A DNA stretch of 63,074 bases, the filler included, from Sanchytrium tribonematis (Eukaryota), in the NCBI GenBank assembly GCA_018985235.1. It is 14 parts of 14 records of this genome, joined end to end, with 100 filler letters (N's around TTAATTAATTAA, not from the genome) between each part and the next. Parts side by side here need not be neighbours in the genome. Positions count along the whole stretch, not along the records: positions 9,179 to 13,641 come from JADGIG010000720.1; positions 13,742 to 18,184 come from JADGIG010000721.1; positions 18,285 to 22,726 come from JADGIG010000722.1; 11 more parts are not named here. One strand, given 5' to 3'. This document shows positions 9,184-19,209 of the stretch, piece after piece. The first letter of the stretch is position 1; the number at the start of each line of letters is the position of its first letter. The notes under the pieces are model-generated. The model was not told where the DNA came from and searched no databases. It was given only the letters and a program-made list of their open reading frames with translations. The translations under genes and the position numbers were made by a program.

Positions 9184-10223
9184 ATGCTGATGTTTAGTAT
9201 AGATGGGATGCGGTATTATGTTAATCCACTTCGATACTCCGCTACCCAAGCTTTGCAGTCTGAAAGAGTTTTACGTTCTCAATTAATTTCTATTGGTATA
9301 TCAGACCCAACAGAGCAAGAATCTCACATTTCTCCAGTTGATTTCGCTTATGTTGTTGAAAGATGTTTAAATAATTTAATGCTCTGCATATCGCAACAAC
9401 CTCAAAGATCTATGAAATGGTACTCTTCGATTTATACCTTGAGCTGGTGCTGTTTTATTTTAGGAACAGATCGCATTGTTTCTTCTGCATTTTTGTATGA
9501 GATGATAGAAAATGCTTTTTGTGAGGATTTCCTGACACTTTTTCAACTCTCTGGTCATAAATCTGAAGAGTTTTTGGACTTTTACAAGGTAAAAGTAGAA
9601 AAAAATTATCAATCTAATCAAGATGACCGAAATTTGCAACAATTTTTAAAGTTATTAGTTGATGCAGAGAACAATCGCACTAATCTAAGAAAAAGTATGG
9701 ACGGTTCACCATGTCTTAGCTTTGAAAAACAATTAAACACTGATATTGAAACTATGAACTTAACAATGGATCGAGTACTGAGGAAAGACCAAATTCCTAA
9801 AATCAAAAACCTCTCTGAAATGAACTGCAAATTTCATATTGGAGAGGTTATTTACCATGAAAAATATGGTATTTTTTATTTTATCTAGATTATTTTGGAG
9901 TTATACACGATTATGACCAGGAATGTAACGAAAGTCCTGACTGGCAACGAATCATGCAAGTTCAAAATCTTATTTACAAAAATAATCAACCGTTTTATCA
10001 TGCAGTAGTTCCAAATGACCAATCTAATCGATATATAGCCCAAGAAAACATGTGCCACGCCAAAGATGACAATAATTTGAAGCAATTATTTCTAGATATA
10101 CTGAGATCACAAGACGATTTTGTTTTTCTTTGTGGCCAGTTCTTTACAAAATTTGATATGGAGACATTCACGTTCATTTGTAACCCAAAAACAAAAGCAA
10201 AATTTCAAATGGAAAACTCATAA
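9184..10223 (+). CDS. FBXO21-like protein (SirB1-like region plus YccV-like domain); 5' partial; one 20-nt intron 9869-9888
   Basis: Splicing joins FHIGEVIYHEKY to DYFGVIHDYD...QPFYHAVV...RYIAQEN, the YccV/HspQ signature. Confidence 0.8.
9869..9888 (+). other. 20-nt GT-AG spliceosomal intron
   Basis: GTATTTTTTATTTTATCTAG; removal deletes an in-frame stop and restores the conserved domain. Confidence 0.88.
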
Positions 10224-10508
10224 CGCTGTCATAAAATCAATTAGATTATTTTTCCTTGATTTTTTGTCTACCTTCTTCTGAATAATACATTGCTTTGTGT
10301 ATTTAAAATTACAACTTTCACAATAAAAAACTAGACTTCTGCCTTGGTGTCGAGTATTTGTATGTTGGCGCCGCACATAGCATCTCGTGCAAAACATCAG
10401 ATCAAAATTTTCGAACTTGTTCAACTGCTGTGCGTACCATGGACACAATTCTGATGGTCCGGACAGTGCGAATCTCGACATCATAAGTTGCGTTGTCAAA
10501 TCACTCAT
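10218..10508 (-). CDS. Rpr2/Rpp21/Snm1-like zinc-ribbon protein (RNase P/MRP subunit)
   Basis: FCTRC...LVFYCESC spacing with a basic tail. Confidence 0.5.
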   Translation of the reverse strand: MSDLTTQLMMSRFALSGPSELCPWYAQQLNKFENFDLMFCTRCYVRRQHTNTRHQGRSLVFYCESCNFKYTKQCIIQKKVDKKSRKNNLIDFMTAL

Positions 10509-10523
10509 TACACGGAGTTGTCA

Positions 10524-11592
10524 ATGAATTTTGATTACGAAAATTTTCTTCTCACAAACGCAGACCGTATTCACGGTATTGAAAACGCATTAACTGCAGT
10601 ATCCTATTTACTACCAGGAAGATTTAAAGATGCGGACATCGCCAGTGAATTACTGTACATGATCCTTCGATTTGTAACACTTTACCACGACAAAATTATT
10701 GGTAAAATAGCTCATAAATTTAAATCGAAATCTACACATGCTAAATATATAGAACACGTGAGTCAGAACAAGTCGTATAATTTGCTATCTCATTTACTTA
10801 CTGGGATTGAATATTTAGAAACTGTTTTCGAAATGATTGTCCAAAGAAAAGGCTCAGAAAAAGCGAAGTGGAATTTTATTACGAGCCTAGAAACAGTCAA
10901 ATTTGTGATTAAAATGATAATATTAAAAGTTAATAAGAAAAGAATGCTTGTTTATCCTTATGTAACTGGCAGAGAATTGGACCCACAAGAATTAGCAGGA
11001 AGTGAGGAAAAAATATCCACTTGGAAAGGTTCTAGAAGCAATTTAGAATTTAATACTTTAAAAACAATGTCAAAATTTGTAAAGCAAGATTCAATGTATG
11101 ATTCTGATAACTTATCTAGTAACGTAGGTATAGATGAGTACATCAGATCAAAAGCTTTAGATGCTGTTGTTACTGGTCCAGAAGAGTTAGTTCCATCTCT
11201 GAGGGGCTTGTATTTGGGTGGTGAAATAGTTTCGCATTTACGTCCTCTGCTTTATGGCAATTTTAATTAATATAGTGCTTTTGATACGGAAATATGGCAG
11301 GACTTCATGGATTCCTTGGATTTGTTCTCTCGCTATAGATAGTAGCTGTTATTATGTTCGATCTAATCTGAAAGAAAATTCGACTCTCGCTAAAAATGAG
11401 AAAAATAGAAGATTTTACTTATTATTATTATATTTGGTGCGTTCTCCATTTTATCAAGCATATACCAAGCAATATGTGGAATCCATCAAGAACTCCTGGG
11501 AAAATAAGCCATTAGTGGGAATGGTGTCAACATTAATTCAAGACTATCAACCACTCTGGGAATCTGTCTTTTACTACATCAACTTGTCGTAA
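10524..11592 (+). CDS. PEX16: Peroxin 16; one 19-nt GC-AG intron 11257-11275
   Basis: LLPGRFKDADIASE, LYHD.I, WKG.RS, spliced RPLLY-V-LLIRKYG, W.PW, YLVRSPFY, DYQPLWE. Confidence 0.92.
11257..11275 (+). other. 19-nt GC-AG intron
   Basis: GCAATTTTAATTAATATAG; removal joins two PEX16 ORFs in frame with no extra residues. Confidence 0.85.
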
Positions 11593-11596
11593 TAAA

Positions 11597-12457
11597 TTAT
11601 ATTTCATTGTAATTGCTTGCAATTCCCGTTTTTCCTTTCACAATTTTACTCACAGGTTTGTCTTCAACTGGCAATCCGGAAAAAGAGCCATATGTGGAAG
11701 TAGCTTTTATAATTTCTCCGCTACCCGGTTGTGACTCAATGACTACGTCAAAAAGGTGTTTTGGGATATCCATTGGATTTAGATAGTATGTCTCACAAAA
11801 ATTTGTAATGCTGTCCTTGTTTAACCAATACAAAATATCCCAACAAGTATAGAGTTTCGCAAATCTCGCAATTTCACTGTACAACAAATGAAGAGTCTTA
11901 TTAAAACAACCAACAATTACGAAATCGCCTTTTAAATTGCCCAGCTTCGCAAGTGTGACATCAGTCATGTAAAATAAAAACACTGAGATTCCCATTTGCT
12001 TCAGAAGCTTTTTTACAATTGATGCAATTTCGAAATATTCGTTGTGAAGCACCACTATGTTAAAAATATTCTTTTTTTCTAAAGTATCGATCAACATATA
12101 TCTTTTGTTCAAAAACTTCTGCCTATGAAAGACGTGATCAAATTTTAAAATTTCGCAGATATCTTTACTTTCCTCAATTTTAATATTTTTAAGTAATTGC
12201 AAATAACAGCAGAATGTATCTTTTGATGGACCATAGTATATCTCGTGCTCAAATTCAGGATGTGAATACATTGGGTGCAAAATGTAACCTTCTTTTTTCC
12301 TTGCCAAACCACTAAATTGGTAGTTAACAGTTTTGCATGGAGTGAGGCAGTTTAAAGGCATTTCAATTGTCCCGCTTCTATAATAAAGAAATTTTGCATT
12401 TGGACAACAATCTGGCAGAATTAAAATACGTTCAGATTTTGTTTGTACAACATTCAT
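11597..12457 (-). CDS. DPH2: Diphthamide biosynthesis protein 2-like, reduced
   Basis: AKLGN...FVIVGC motif and C-terminal GKTGIASNY typical of Dph2. Confidence 0.7.
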   Translation of the reverse strand: MNVVQTKSERILILPDCCPNAKFLYYRSGTIEMPLNCLTPCKTVNYQFSGLARKKEGYILHPMYSHPEFEHEIYYGPSKDTFCCYLQLLKNIKIEESKDICEILKFDHVFHRQKFLNKRYMLIDTLEKKNIFNIVVLHNEYFEIASIVKKLLKQMGISVFLFYMTDVTLAKLGNLKGDFVIVGCFNKTLHLLYSEIARFAKLYTCWDILYWLNKDSITNFCETYYLNPMDIPKHLFDVVIESQPGSGEIIKATSTYGSFSGLPVEDKPVSKIVKGKTGIASNYNEI

Positions 12458-12502
12458 GTTACAAGGGAATAAAGTGAAGCAATCTTTTGTTTATTAAAAC
12501 GC

Positions 12503-13639
12503 TCAGTATCGTCGTGCCAGCAACCATACATTAATATAATTTTTGATGTTTTCCGGAGTGTCAATTATTTTATAATTTACGTTTTTTTCCTTCACATAAC
12601 CAAAGCTTGTGCAACCTTTTCCATCCTGGGTAAATGGCAAGTCACCGGTAATGTTTGTCAATGGACCATCTGCATACAATATTCTTGAAAAATGTTTCTC
12701 TGATAAATCTTTTCTGTATTTGGCTTGATTAGCGTGAAAAAATCTTGGAGAATCACGAAACATTTGCAGCATTCCTAAGCCACAAAATATCTTTCCAAAT
12801 GCCTTAGATGGTGCTTCGAATCCTATTAAAGCAAACATTTTGGGTGAAACATAATATGAATTCTTCAGGACCAAGCTTGCGATTCTAAATAAATCTTTAT
12901 CGCCCCATACAATAAAGTTAGTCCAAAATCTATTGAGCATCAATTTAGAAACTAACTGTATGGTATTCCCATGTTTTTCTTTATCTATCATCAATTGTCC
13001 TGCTTCAATTTCCCAATCATAAAAACAATCAATGTATCCTTTGAAAATCTCAAATATTGGATTTTTAGGGTTTGGCTTCCATATATCTAGCCACATTAAT
13101 AGCCCTGTTTGTCTATATTCTTTGCTTTGAAATAAATCATCCAGGGAAGACGTTGGAAAGTCATCCCCATCAAGAAACAAAACGTGTTGTAGTTCAGATA
13201 CAGTGATCGCTATGGGTTTCAAATGATAATTTCTCGCATATGGCCCCGTTAAAATCGGATCCCATTTCTTTCCGTCTTCATAAGGGATGTCTAATCCGAA
13301 AATTTGATATTTTTTTAAATTTCGGACCTGGACATTGGGATAAAGATTTAACAGTGTGACATGATTTTCACTCAATTCGTCATAATGATAGATTTGTATA
13401 GCTTCTTGCCATCCAATTTGAATTAGTAATCGAACATTCGCCACTACCAGGTCAAAATTGTGTAGATCACACAAAATTATGACACCACGTAAGCCAGTAA
13501 CATAATTTAATTGATCTAATGACTCGAGTGATTCTTTTAGAAACTTCCGTCCTTGATAAATGATCTCTGATGGATATTTCCAAACTTTGGGATCTGTCCA
13601 TCTCCAAGATTGTGGGTGTGGGTTGACTTGCCCTACACT
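12503..13639 (-). CDS. GT71 alpha-mannosyltransferase (MNN2/MNN5-like), 5' partial
   Basis: RGVII, FLDGD, W.DIW, EAGQLMIDK, WGDKDLFR, FFHAN; frame open to the contig edge. Confidence 0.85.
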   Translation of the reverse strand, partial: SVGQVNPHPQSWRWTDPKVWKYPSEIIYQGRKFLKESLESLDQLNYVTGLRGVIILCDLHNFDLVVANVRLLIQIGWQEAIQIYHYDELSENHVTLLNLYPNVQVRNLKKYQIFGLDIPYEDGKKWDPILTGPYARNYHLKPIAITVSELQHVLFLDGDDFPTSSLDDLFQSKEYRQTGLLMWLDIWKPNPKNPIFEIFKGYIDCFYDWEIEAGQLMIDKEKHGNTIQLVSKLMLNRFWTNFIVWGDKDLFRIASLVLKNSYYVSPKMFALIGFEAPSKAFGKIFCGLGMLQMFRDSPRFFHANQAKYRKDLSEKHFSRILYADGPLTNITGDLPFTQDGKGCTSFGYVKEKNVNYKIIDTPENIKNYINVWLLARRY

Positions 13640-13857
13640 AANNNNNNNNNNNNNNNNNNNNNNNNNNNNNNNNNNNNNNNNNNNNTTAATTAATTAANNN
13701 NNNNNNNNNNNNNNNNNNNNNNNNNNNNNNNNNNNNNNNNNGAAAAATCTACCAACAACAATTAAATCTTGTGATTGGCGACTTGGCTGCTAAATGACAT
13801 ATTATTGGCTATTAATTAATCAATGGACTATTTAATTGTCCTGCTCCTGGATGATCA

Positions 13858-14400
13858 ATGAACGTTTTAACCATCTTGGCATTTGCAAAATATCTAAATC
13901 CTTCCATTTTATCAGATTTTAAGAATCAAGTCATTTTTGAGGGATATGTGCAAAATACATTGGATAGAAATGATGGAACATCAACTATTCCATCTACATT
14001 AACCAAAAAATCTAAATATCCAGCAGCATATTACGCACTCAATTCTGATAAAAATGAGACTTTGATTTATTCAGAAAATGAAAGACCGTATTATCAAAAT
14101 GGATTGAAGAAATATTATCCATATATGGTGGGTGTGAATGGGATGGCATTGAATGAAGGGACGATTATTGGACCAGATGGCACAATTGCAGTGACGCCAC
14201 CCATGAATCAAATTGTGGCGCATAGCAAATATGTGGCAGCATGGTATTTGGATGGAGGGGATTTATACGATACAGATCATCCTGTAAATGGAACTGAAGG
14301 TGAATTATTGTATCCGGAATTGAATACATTTGAATCCAATTCAAATTTATTTGGTTTGCAATTATTTCAATTTGGTTTACTCGCATTATTGATTCAATAA
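13858..14400 (+). CDS. Secreted, possibly GPI-anchored, hypothetical protein
   Basis: Short N-terminal hydrophobic leader and hydrophobic C-terminus. Confidence 0.65.
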   Translation: MNVLTILAFAKYLNPSILSDFKNQVIFEGYVQNTLDRNDGTSTIPSTLTKKSKYPAAYYALNSDKNETLIYSENERPYYQNGLKKYYPYMVGVNGMALNEGTIIGPDGTIAVTPPMNQIVAHSKYVAAWYLDGGDLYDTDHPVNGTEGELLYPELNTFESNSNLFGLQLFQFGLLALLIQ

Positions 14401-14409
14401 AACTATTTA

Positions 14410-14730
14410 TTAAAAGACTAATGCAGCACCCTTTGTCTTCTTATCTCCTCCTAATTCGAAATGTTTACATCTCTTAATCACGGTTTGATGTTTAGATTTG
14501 CATTTGTTACATTCTAATCTCAATACAATCTTCTTGGTAGTCTTTGCTTTCTTTCTGAAAATAGGTTTGGTTTGTCCTCCGAATCCACTTTGTTTTCTGT
14601 CATAACGACGTTTACCTTGAGCCCAAATACTATCTTTTCCTTTTTTATATTGTGCGACTTTATGTGGTTGATGCTTTAAACATTTCTTTGATGGGCAGAA
14701 TGTATTCTTTGTCTTTGGAATATTGACCAT
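14410..14730 (-). CDS. RPL42: 60S ribosomal protein eL42 (L44/L36a), intronless
   Basis: MVNIPKT...[19 protein letters not shown]...[10 protein letters not shown]. Confidence 0.98.
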   Translation of the reverse strand: MVNIPKTKNTFCPSKKCLKHQPHKVAQYKKGKDSIWAQGKRRYDRKQSGFGGQTKPIFRKKAKTTKKIVLRLECNKCKSKHQTVIKRCKHFELGGDKKTKGAALVF

Positions 14731-14763
14731 TAGAAAGTATTTAGAGAGCGTCAAGGATCAAAC

Positions 14764-14776
14764 AAAACACGTGAAA
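14764..14776 (-). promoter_or_regulatory. E-box motif AAAACACGTGAAA upstream of RPL42
   Basis: The same 13-mer lies at the same distance upstream of RPL28 (31540-31552). Confidence 0.65.
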
Positions 14777-14797
14777 ATCAATTTTCGGAAATTTGTT

Positions 14798-15088
14798 TCA
14801 TTTATTTTCTCGCTCATTGCTCACATAAAATTCCGTGTCATAAACAGACAATCGATGATCTGCTATTTCTGCATTATTCGTATTAGTTGCTTGTAATTCT
14901 ATATTCGTATGACTATCTTTTAATCGTCCTTTTGGTGGATCATTTAATAAAATGACTGCAGGCTCTCTGTTTCTAGCATGTTTAAAATGGCGAATCGTGA
15001 TGACAATCCCACCAATTCCAATAAATAAAGACGCTACGACTAAGAACAAGTAGACAGGCTGCACGACTCCATTTTCAATAAATGCCAT
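14798..15088 (-). CDS. Small single-pass membrane protein
   Basis: 96 aa, one TM helix followed by basic residues. Confidence 0.6.
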   Translation of the reverse strand: MAFIENGVVQPVYLFLVVASLFIGIGGIVITIRHFKHARNREPAVILLNDPPKGRLKDSHTNIELQATNTNNAEIADHRLSVYDTEFYVSNERENK

Positions 15089-15132
15089 GAATTTTAAATG
15101 TTTCAGTTTTAATGAGAGGAGAATTGATTTAT

Positions 15133-15612
15133 TCAGTGATGCATTCTTTTTTTCAATTCGTCCTTGACCATGTGCTTCATCTCCTTTTTAAATCCTTCCG
15201 TATTCCCGCTTTGTAATGCATGTTGTGCAGATTGCATCAAATGATTTGTATCAAAATGACTAGATGCATTTTGTGCACCTTGTTGCGCATATTGAGCACC
15301 CTGATGTGCACCTTGTTGAGCGTATTGAGCACCCTGTTGTGCATACTGTCCACCCTGTTGCATGCCTTGTTGTGCATACTGTCCACCTTGTTGCATTCCT
15401 TGTTGCGCATATCCATATCCCTGTTGAGCCCCATTTTGCACTTGTTGACTCATATTTTGATATCCCTGTTGCGTTTGTTGATACTCTTGTCCCATTTGAT
15501 TCCCCATTTGTGATCCCATTTGATGTCCCATATTGCTCATTTTTTGTTGTTTTTGTTTAAAATCATTCATCATATGAAATGCATCTCCAATCCCTCTGTC
15601 GTTGTCACTCAT
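15133..15612 (-). CDS. Gln/Gly-rich LEA/hydrophilin-like repeat protein
   Basis: QQGMQQGGQYA / QQGAQYA repeats; termini homologous to 17685-18062. Confidence 0.7.
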   Translation of the reverse strand: MSDNDRGIGDAFHMMNDFKQKQQKMSNMGHQMGSQMGNQMGQEYQQTQQGYQNMSQQVQNGAQQGYGYAQQGMQQGGQYAQQGMQQGGQYAQQGAQYAQQGAHQGAQYAQQGAQNASSHFDTNHLMQSAQHALQSGNTEGFKKEMKHMVKDELKKRMHH

Positions 15613-15883
15613 TCATGGGAATGGGGAATGTTGCATTTTAATGGGTTCTATCCAATAAAATGGAGACTGAAATTGAAAATGTGCCAATCAAATGAAAATG
15701 CTCTTTTACAAATCACATGTTAATAATATGGAGTGATGAATGAATGAGGAGGAATGATCAAAACTCATGTTGTTGTTGTGGCTCTAACTGATGGCATTGG
15801 AAATTTTTGAAGTAATTGACTGTCCACCTCAAGTTGAACTTGCAATGACAGGCGAAATCAGTCCTTTGGATAAATAATTTACT

Positions 15884-16309
15884 TTATATAGCATCAATTC
15901 GATGTTTTCGGGATTCCCAGGAGTCTCCATTTCTTTTTCTTTGTTTTGAATTGATTGCGTTCAAATTATAGATGAAATCTTCGTAATCAAGCACACCGTT
16001 CATAGATACTGTCATCTCTGCGTCTGTATCACGGTATCGAACTACAAATCCATTTGAGAAGTTTTGCTCGATAAATTGAAATACTTTCGAAGTCGAAAAT
16101 ATTGTTTCCCAAGAAGGACCAAAATCTACCAGACAATAATCGGATTCTATCCATCCGTCTTCAGTAGTACTATAACTTTTACAACTCCACAATTTAAAGT
16201 GAACATCAATCTCATCATCATCACTTTCAAGATAGATCAACTTTGCTGTTCTTGTTAATTGTATGCGAAAAGATTTGGCAATTACAATACCCATCAACAT
16301 CATCAACAT
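15884..16309 (-). CDS. Small secreted hypothetical protein
   Basis: MLMMLMGIVIA leader; ATTGG box upstream. Confidence 0.6.
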   Translation of the reverse strand: MLMMLMGIVIAKSFRIQLTRTAKLIYLESDDDEIDVHFKLWSCKSYSTTEDGWIESDYCLVDFGPSWETIFSTSKVFQFIEQNFSNGFVVRYRDTDAEMTVSMNGVLDYEDFIYNLNAINSKQRKRNGDSWESRKHRIDAI

Positions 16310-17275
16310 TTCCCAACATGTGCGCTAATGAATATTCTTCAAATACGTTTTGGGGTTGTACAAATAACTCCTTTCGTCTCTATTCACCAATCACTGCTTT
16401 CAAACTACATCACAAGTTACTCCTAATCACGCTGGTTCCAGTCGCACAAATTGAAATAGTAAAAAGTCATCCAATGTCATGTATCAAAAACGAAAGTGTT
16501 GAAAAGGCAAGATTGCGAACATATTTGAAAGTAAATAAACTGATGTTGGGTAATTAGATTCATGTTATCATTTTGCCATATTAGAATTTTCTCTCATGTA
16601 AAGTTTAAGTCATCTTGCTTGTACAATTCAGAATTTATTTATATTATACACAACAATTGATTATGAAAATATCAGAATTATCCATTGGTCCAGTGTTGTT
16701 AAAACAATTATTGCAATTAAATTAGTTGTAATTATAATTGTGAGGTAACAGTTATTAAATAAATTGAACAGATATAGATGGCCCACACACTTATAGAATA
16801 AGCGCCGTTTGATCTGGTAATTTTTAAAAGTCAATGGACAATTCTGGGATATTGTTGAGGTTCTAAAAAGCATTACAGTAAATAAATTTCTGATTTTAAT
16901 TTGTATCTGTGTTTGTGAAAACAATTAATTGTAAATAATTGTGTAGGGTTTTTGCAGATAATTGAATTGTAACAATACTGCACTGTTCCGAAAAAATAAT
17001 CCCATCTTCAATTTTCGTTTTTTTGATACTTCATGATCAAGCAACACCTTTTTAATTTCAATGATCTGGTAATAAGCCATATATCTCTCAAATTCACAAT
17101 GTGAAGACCGACTCATTTGAGTAGTTTGCAGATGATCGAGTAATTTATGATAATCAACTTTATCCACTTTTATCAAAACTGTTCTTTGTGGAGGTCTCCA
17201 TTGCTGTAATTTACTAGCCATCTACGGCTGACCTGGATCCCAACCAATCGCTAAAAAATAGTAAAGTGAATGAAT

Positions 17276-17596
17276 TTATTGATGAGCACATTGTGTTAAT
17301 ACTTGTAATACAATATCTTTATTCGGTACAAGGATAGTTTCGTGACAATTTTCGCCCATAATTTCAACAGGATTATAATTATTTGGAATGGTGATTTGTT
17401 CCAATAATTGACTCAAATCGATAGTTTGATCTGGTACATTATCAAAATAAGACACAGTACTATCTGGTATAGTACTAATATCTGTCATGATCCATTTCTT
17501 TTGGATGATTAATGGAGAAATGGGTGATATTTCATCAAATTGTAAATCACCTACTTTAATTTGTAAAGAGAATAGAAATACGATTAAGATCAACAT
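17276..17596 (-). CDS. Small secreted hypothetical protein
   Basis: MLILIVFLFS leader, 106 aa. Confidence 0.55.
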   Translation of the reverse strand: MLILIVFLFSLQIKVGDLQFDEISPISPLIIQKKWIMTDISTIPDSTVSYFDNVPDQTIDLSQLLEQITIPNNYNPVEIMGENCHETILVPNKDIVLQVLTQCAHQ

Positions 17597-17684
17597 GGCT
17601 CCGTCTGTTTTGTAATGAGGTGATTCATGTTGTCATGCGTCATCTCGATTTGCAATTGTATCACGTGGATTCTCCCTGATACAT

Positions 17685-18062
17685 ATGAGTGACAACATCC
17701 AAAATGACGCATTCAAATTGTTTAATGACTTTAAGAAACTCAAAGATGATTTCCAACATAAACCATCTCAAATGATGCATCAAGAAGAACATAAAATCAC
17801 TCAAAAGATTTCTGAAGATGGACAGCAAGTAGAATCCACCATTCAACATTCTGTACAGAATACGAGTCAGAAATTGGAACAGGAGGGATCTAATGTGATC
17901 AATACGGTCACGCAAGTCCAACAATCTGTGAGTGAGACTAAAAATGATTCTATGGCTGAATTGATGGAAGAAGCTCAAGAATTGATGTCAGGGGAGGGTG
18001 ATTTGAAGACTAAATTGGAACATTTGGCAGAGAAAGAATTGAAAAAGAGATTTCACTTTTAA
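17685..18062 (+). CDS. Hydrophilin-like protein, paralog of 15133-15612
   Basis: Shared MSDN..DAF..NDFK N-terminus and ELKKR.H C-terminus. Confidence 0.7.
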   Translation: MSDNIQNDAFKLFNDFKKLKDDFQHKPSQMMHQEEHKITQKISEDGQQVESTIQHSVQNTSQKLEQEGSNVINTVTQVQQSVSETKNDSMAELMEEAQELMSGEGDLKTKLEHLAEKELKKRFHF

Positions 18063-18666
18063 ATAAATTGAATATTTTTATTTTTATAACGCGCGACTTC
18101 CCCGACTAGATTGCAAAATACGATCCAACTTGTCCAATGCCGATGCTGTTGATCCGTAAACCGTATTTAGTTTAATCACAAATGNNNNNNNNNNNNNNNN
18201 NNNNNNNNNNNNNNNNNNNNNNNNNNNNTTAATTAATTAANNNNNNNNNNNNNNNNNNNNNNNNNNNNNNNNNNNNNNNNNNNNTTTGCAAATGCAATCA
18301 TCATGATCAAATACATCATACCATCAAGGGTGTCTTGCTGTTAAATAGTCCTGATGTTACTTGCCCATTTCATCTCATTGGTTCATTTCATAAATGAATA
18401 TCTTGATTGGTTCAAATCATGTTTAATTTACCCTGATGATCCATCTCATTAGATCATTGGTATATTTTAAATAAATGTCAAATGAAGAAATGAAATCTTC
18501 TCCTGATTGTTACAAAATGAAATTGTTAAAATGGGCATTGATTTGATCCATCACCAGTGCACAGATCATCGTATCACATATTTGTATCAACAGGTTACAC
18601 AATGGATGATTGACTGGACTCCCTGTGAAATGGGAATCCATAAATACCGACTCCATCTCTTTCTGT

Positions 18667-18981
18667 ATGTTGCTTTTATTTTTGAGTTTATTTGCAGCTG
18701 AATCATTTGCTGCTGCCACTCTCATGATTCATGTTGACACAAAGACTTATGATGTGCGATTGATTAGTAGGGAATCTGAAAATTTGTTGTGGTCTTGTAT
18801 TGAACATGAAAATGGCAAAATTGATGAACGAATTGGAGGAAGTAATTTACAATCCATTTACGAATTTTTATCAAGTAAGATTGATTTGCAGTTCAGTATT
18901 CAACCAATGGTATATGGTGAATTACTTGTAAAGTACAATGGAAAACACCAAAGTGGCAATGGAAATTTCAAGGAATTTTAA
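18667..18981 (+). CDS. Small secreted protein (candidate effector)
   Basis: MLLLFLSLFAA leader at 18667. Confidence 0.55.
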   Translation: MLLLFLSLFAAESFAAATLMIHVDTKTYDVRLISRESENLLWSCIEHENGKIDERIGGSNLQSIYEFLSSKIDLQFSIQPMVYGELLVKYNGKHQSGNGNFKEF

Positions 18982-19209
18982 CATTGCAATCAAGAATTTA
19001 AATTCTAAATTAACTATCAATCCAGTAACATGATTTAAATAAAATTAACTTATCTTAATTGGATATAGAATTTAATGTCCCTGCTCGAGTGATGGCATTG
19101 TAAGTCATTTGTGTAAATCAACAATTTACATTGATTGGATAAATCAATCTCCTATATGTCGTACAGAGTAAGCAGGGAATAGAAATACAGACTCCTCTTT
19201 ACATTCCGT

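Noticed and set aside
15220..15560. Several overlapping ORFs across the Q-rich repeat, and a CRISPR-like periodicity
   Set aside because: Shadow frames of a coding tandem repeat; no unique spacers and no cas genes.
19161..19177. U6-like ACAGAG motif
   Set aside because: The following AGAUUAGC/ISL sequence is absent; it lies in an ordinary promoter.
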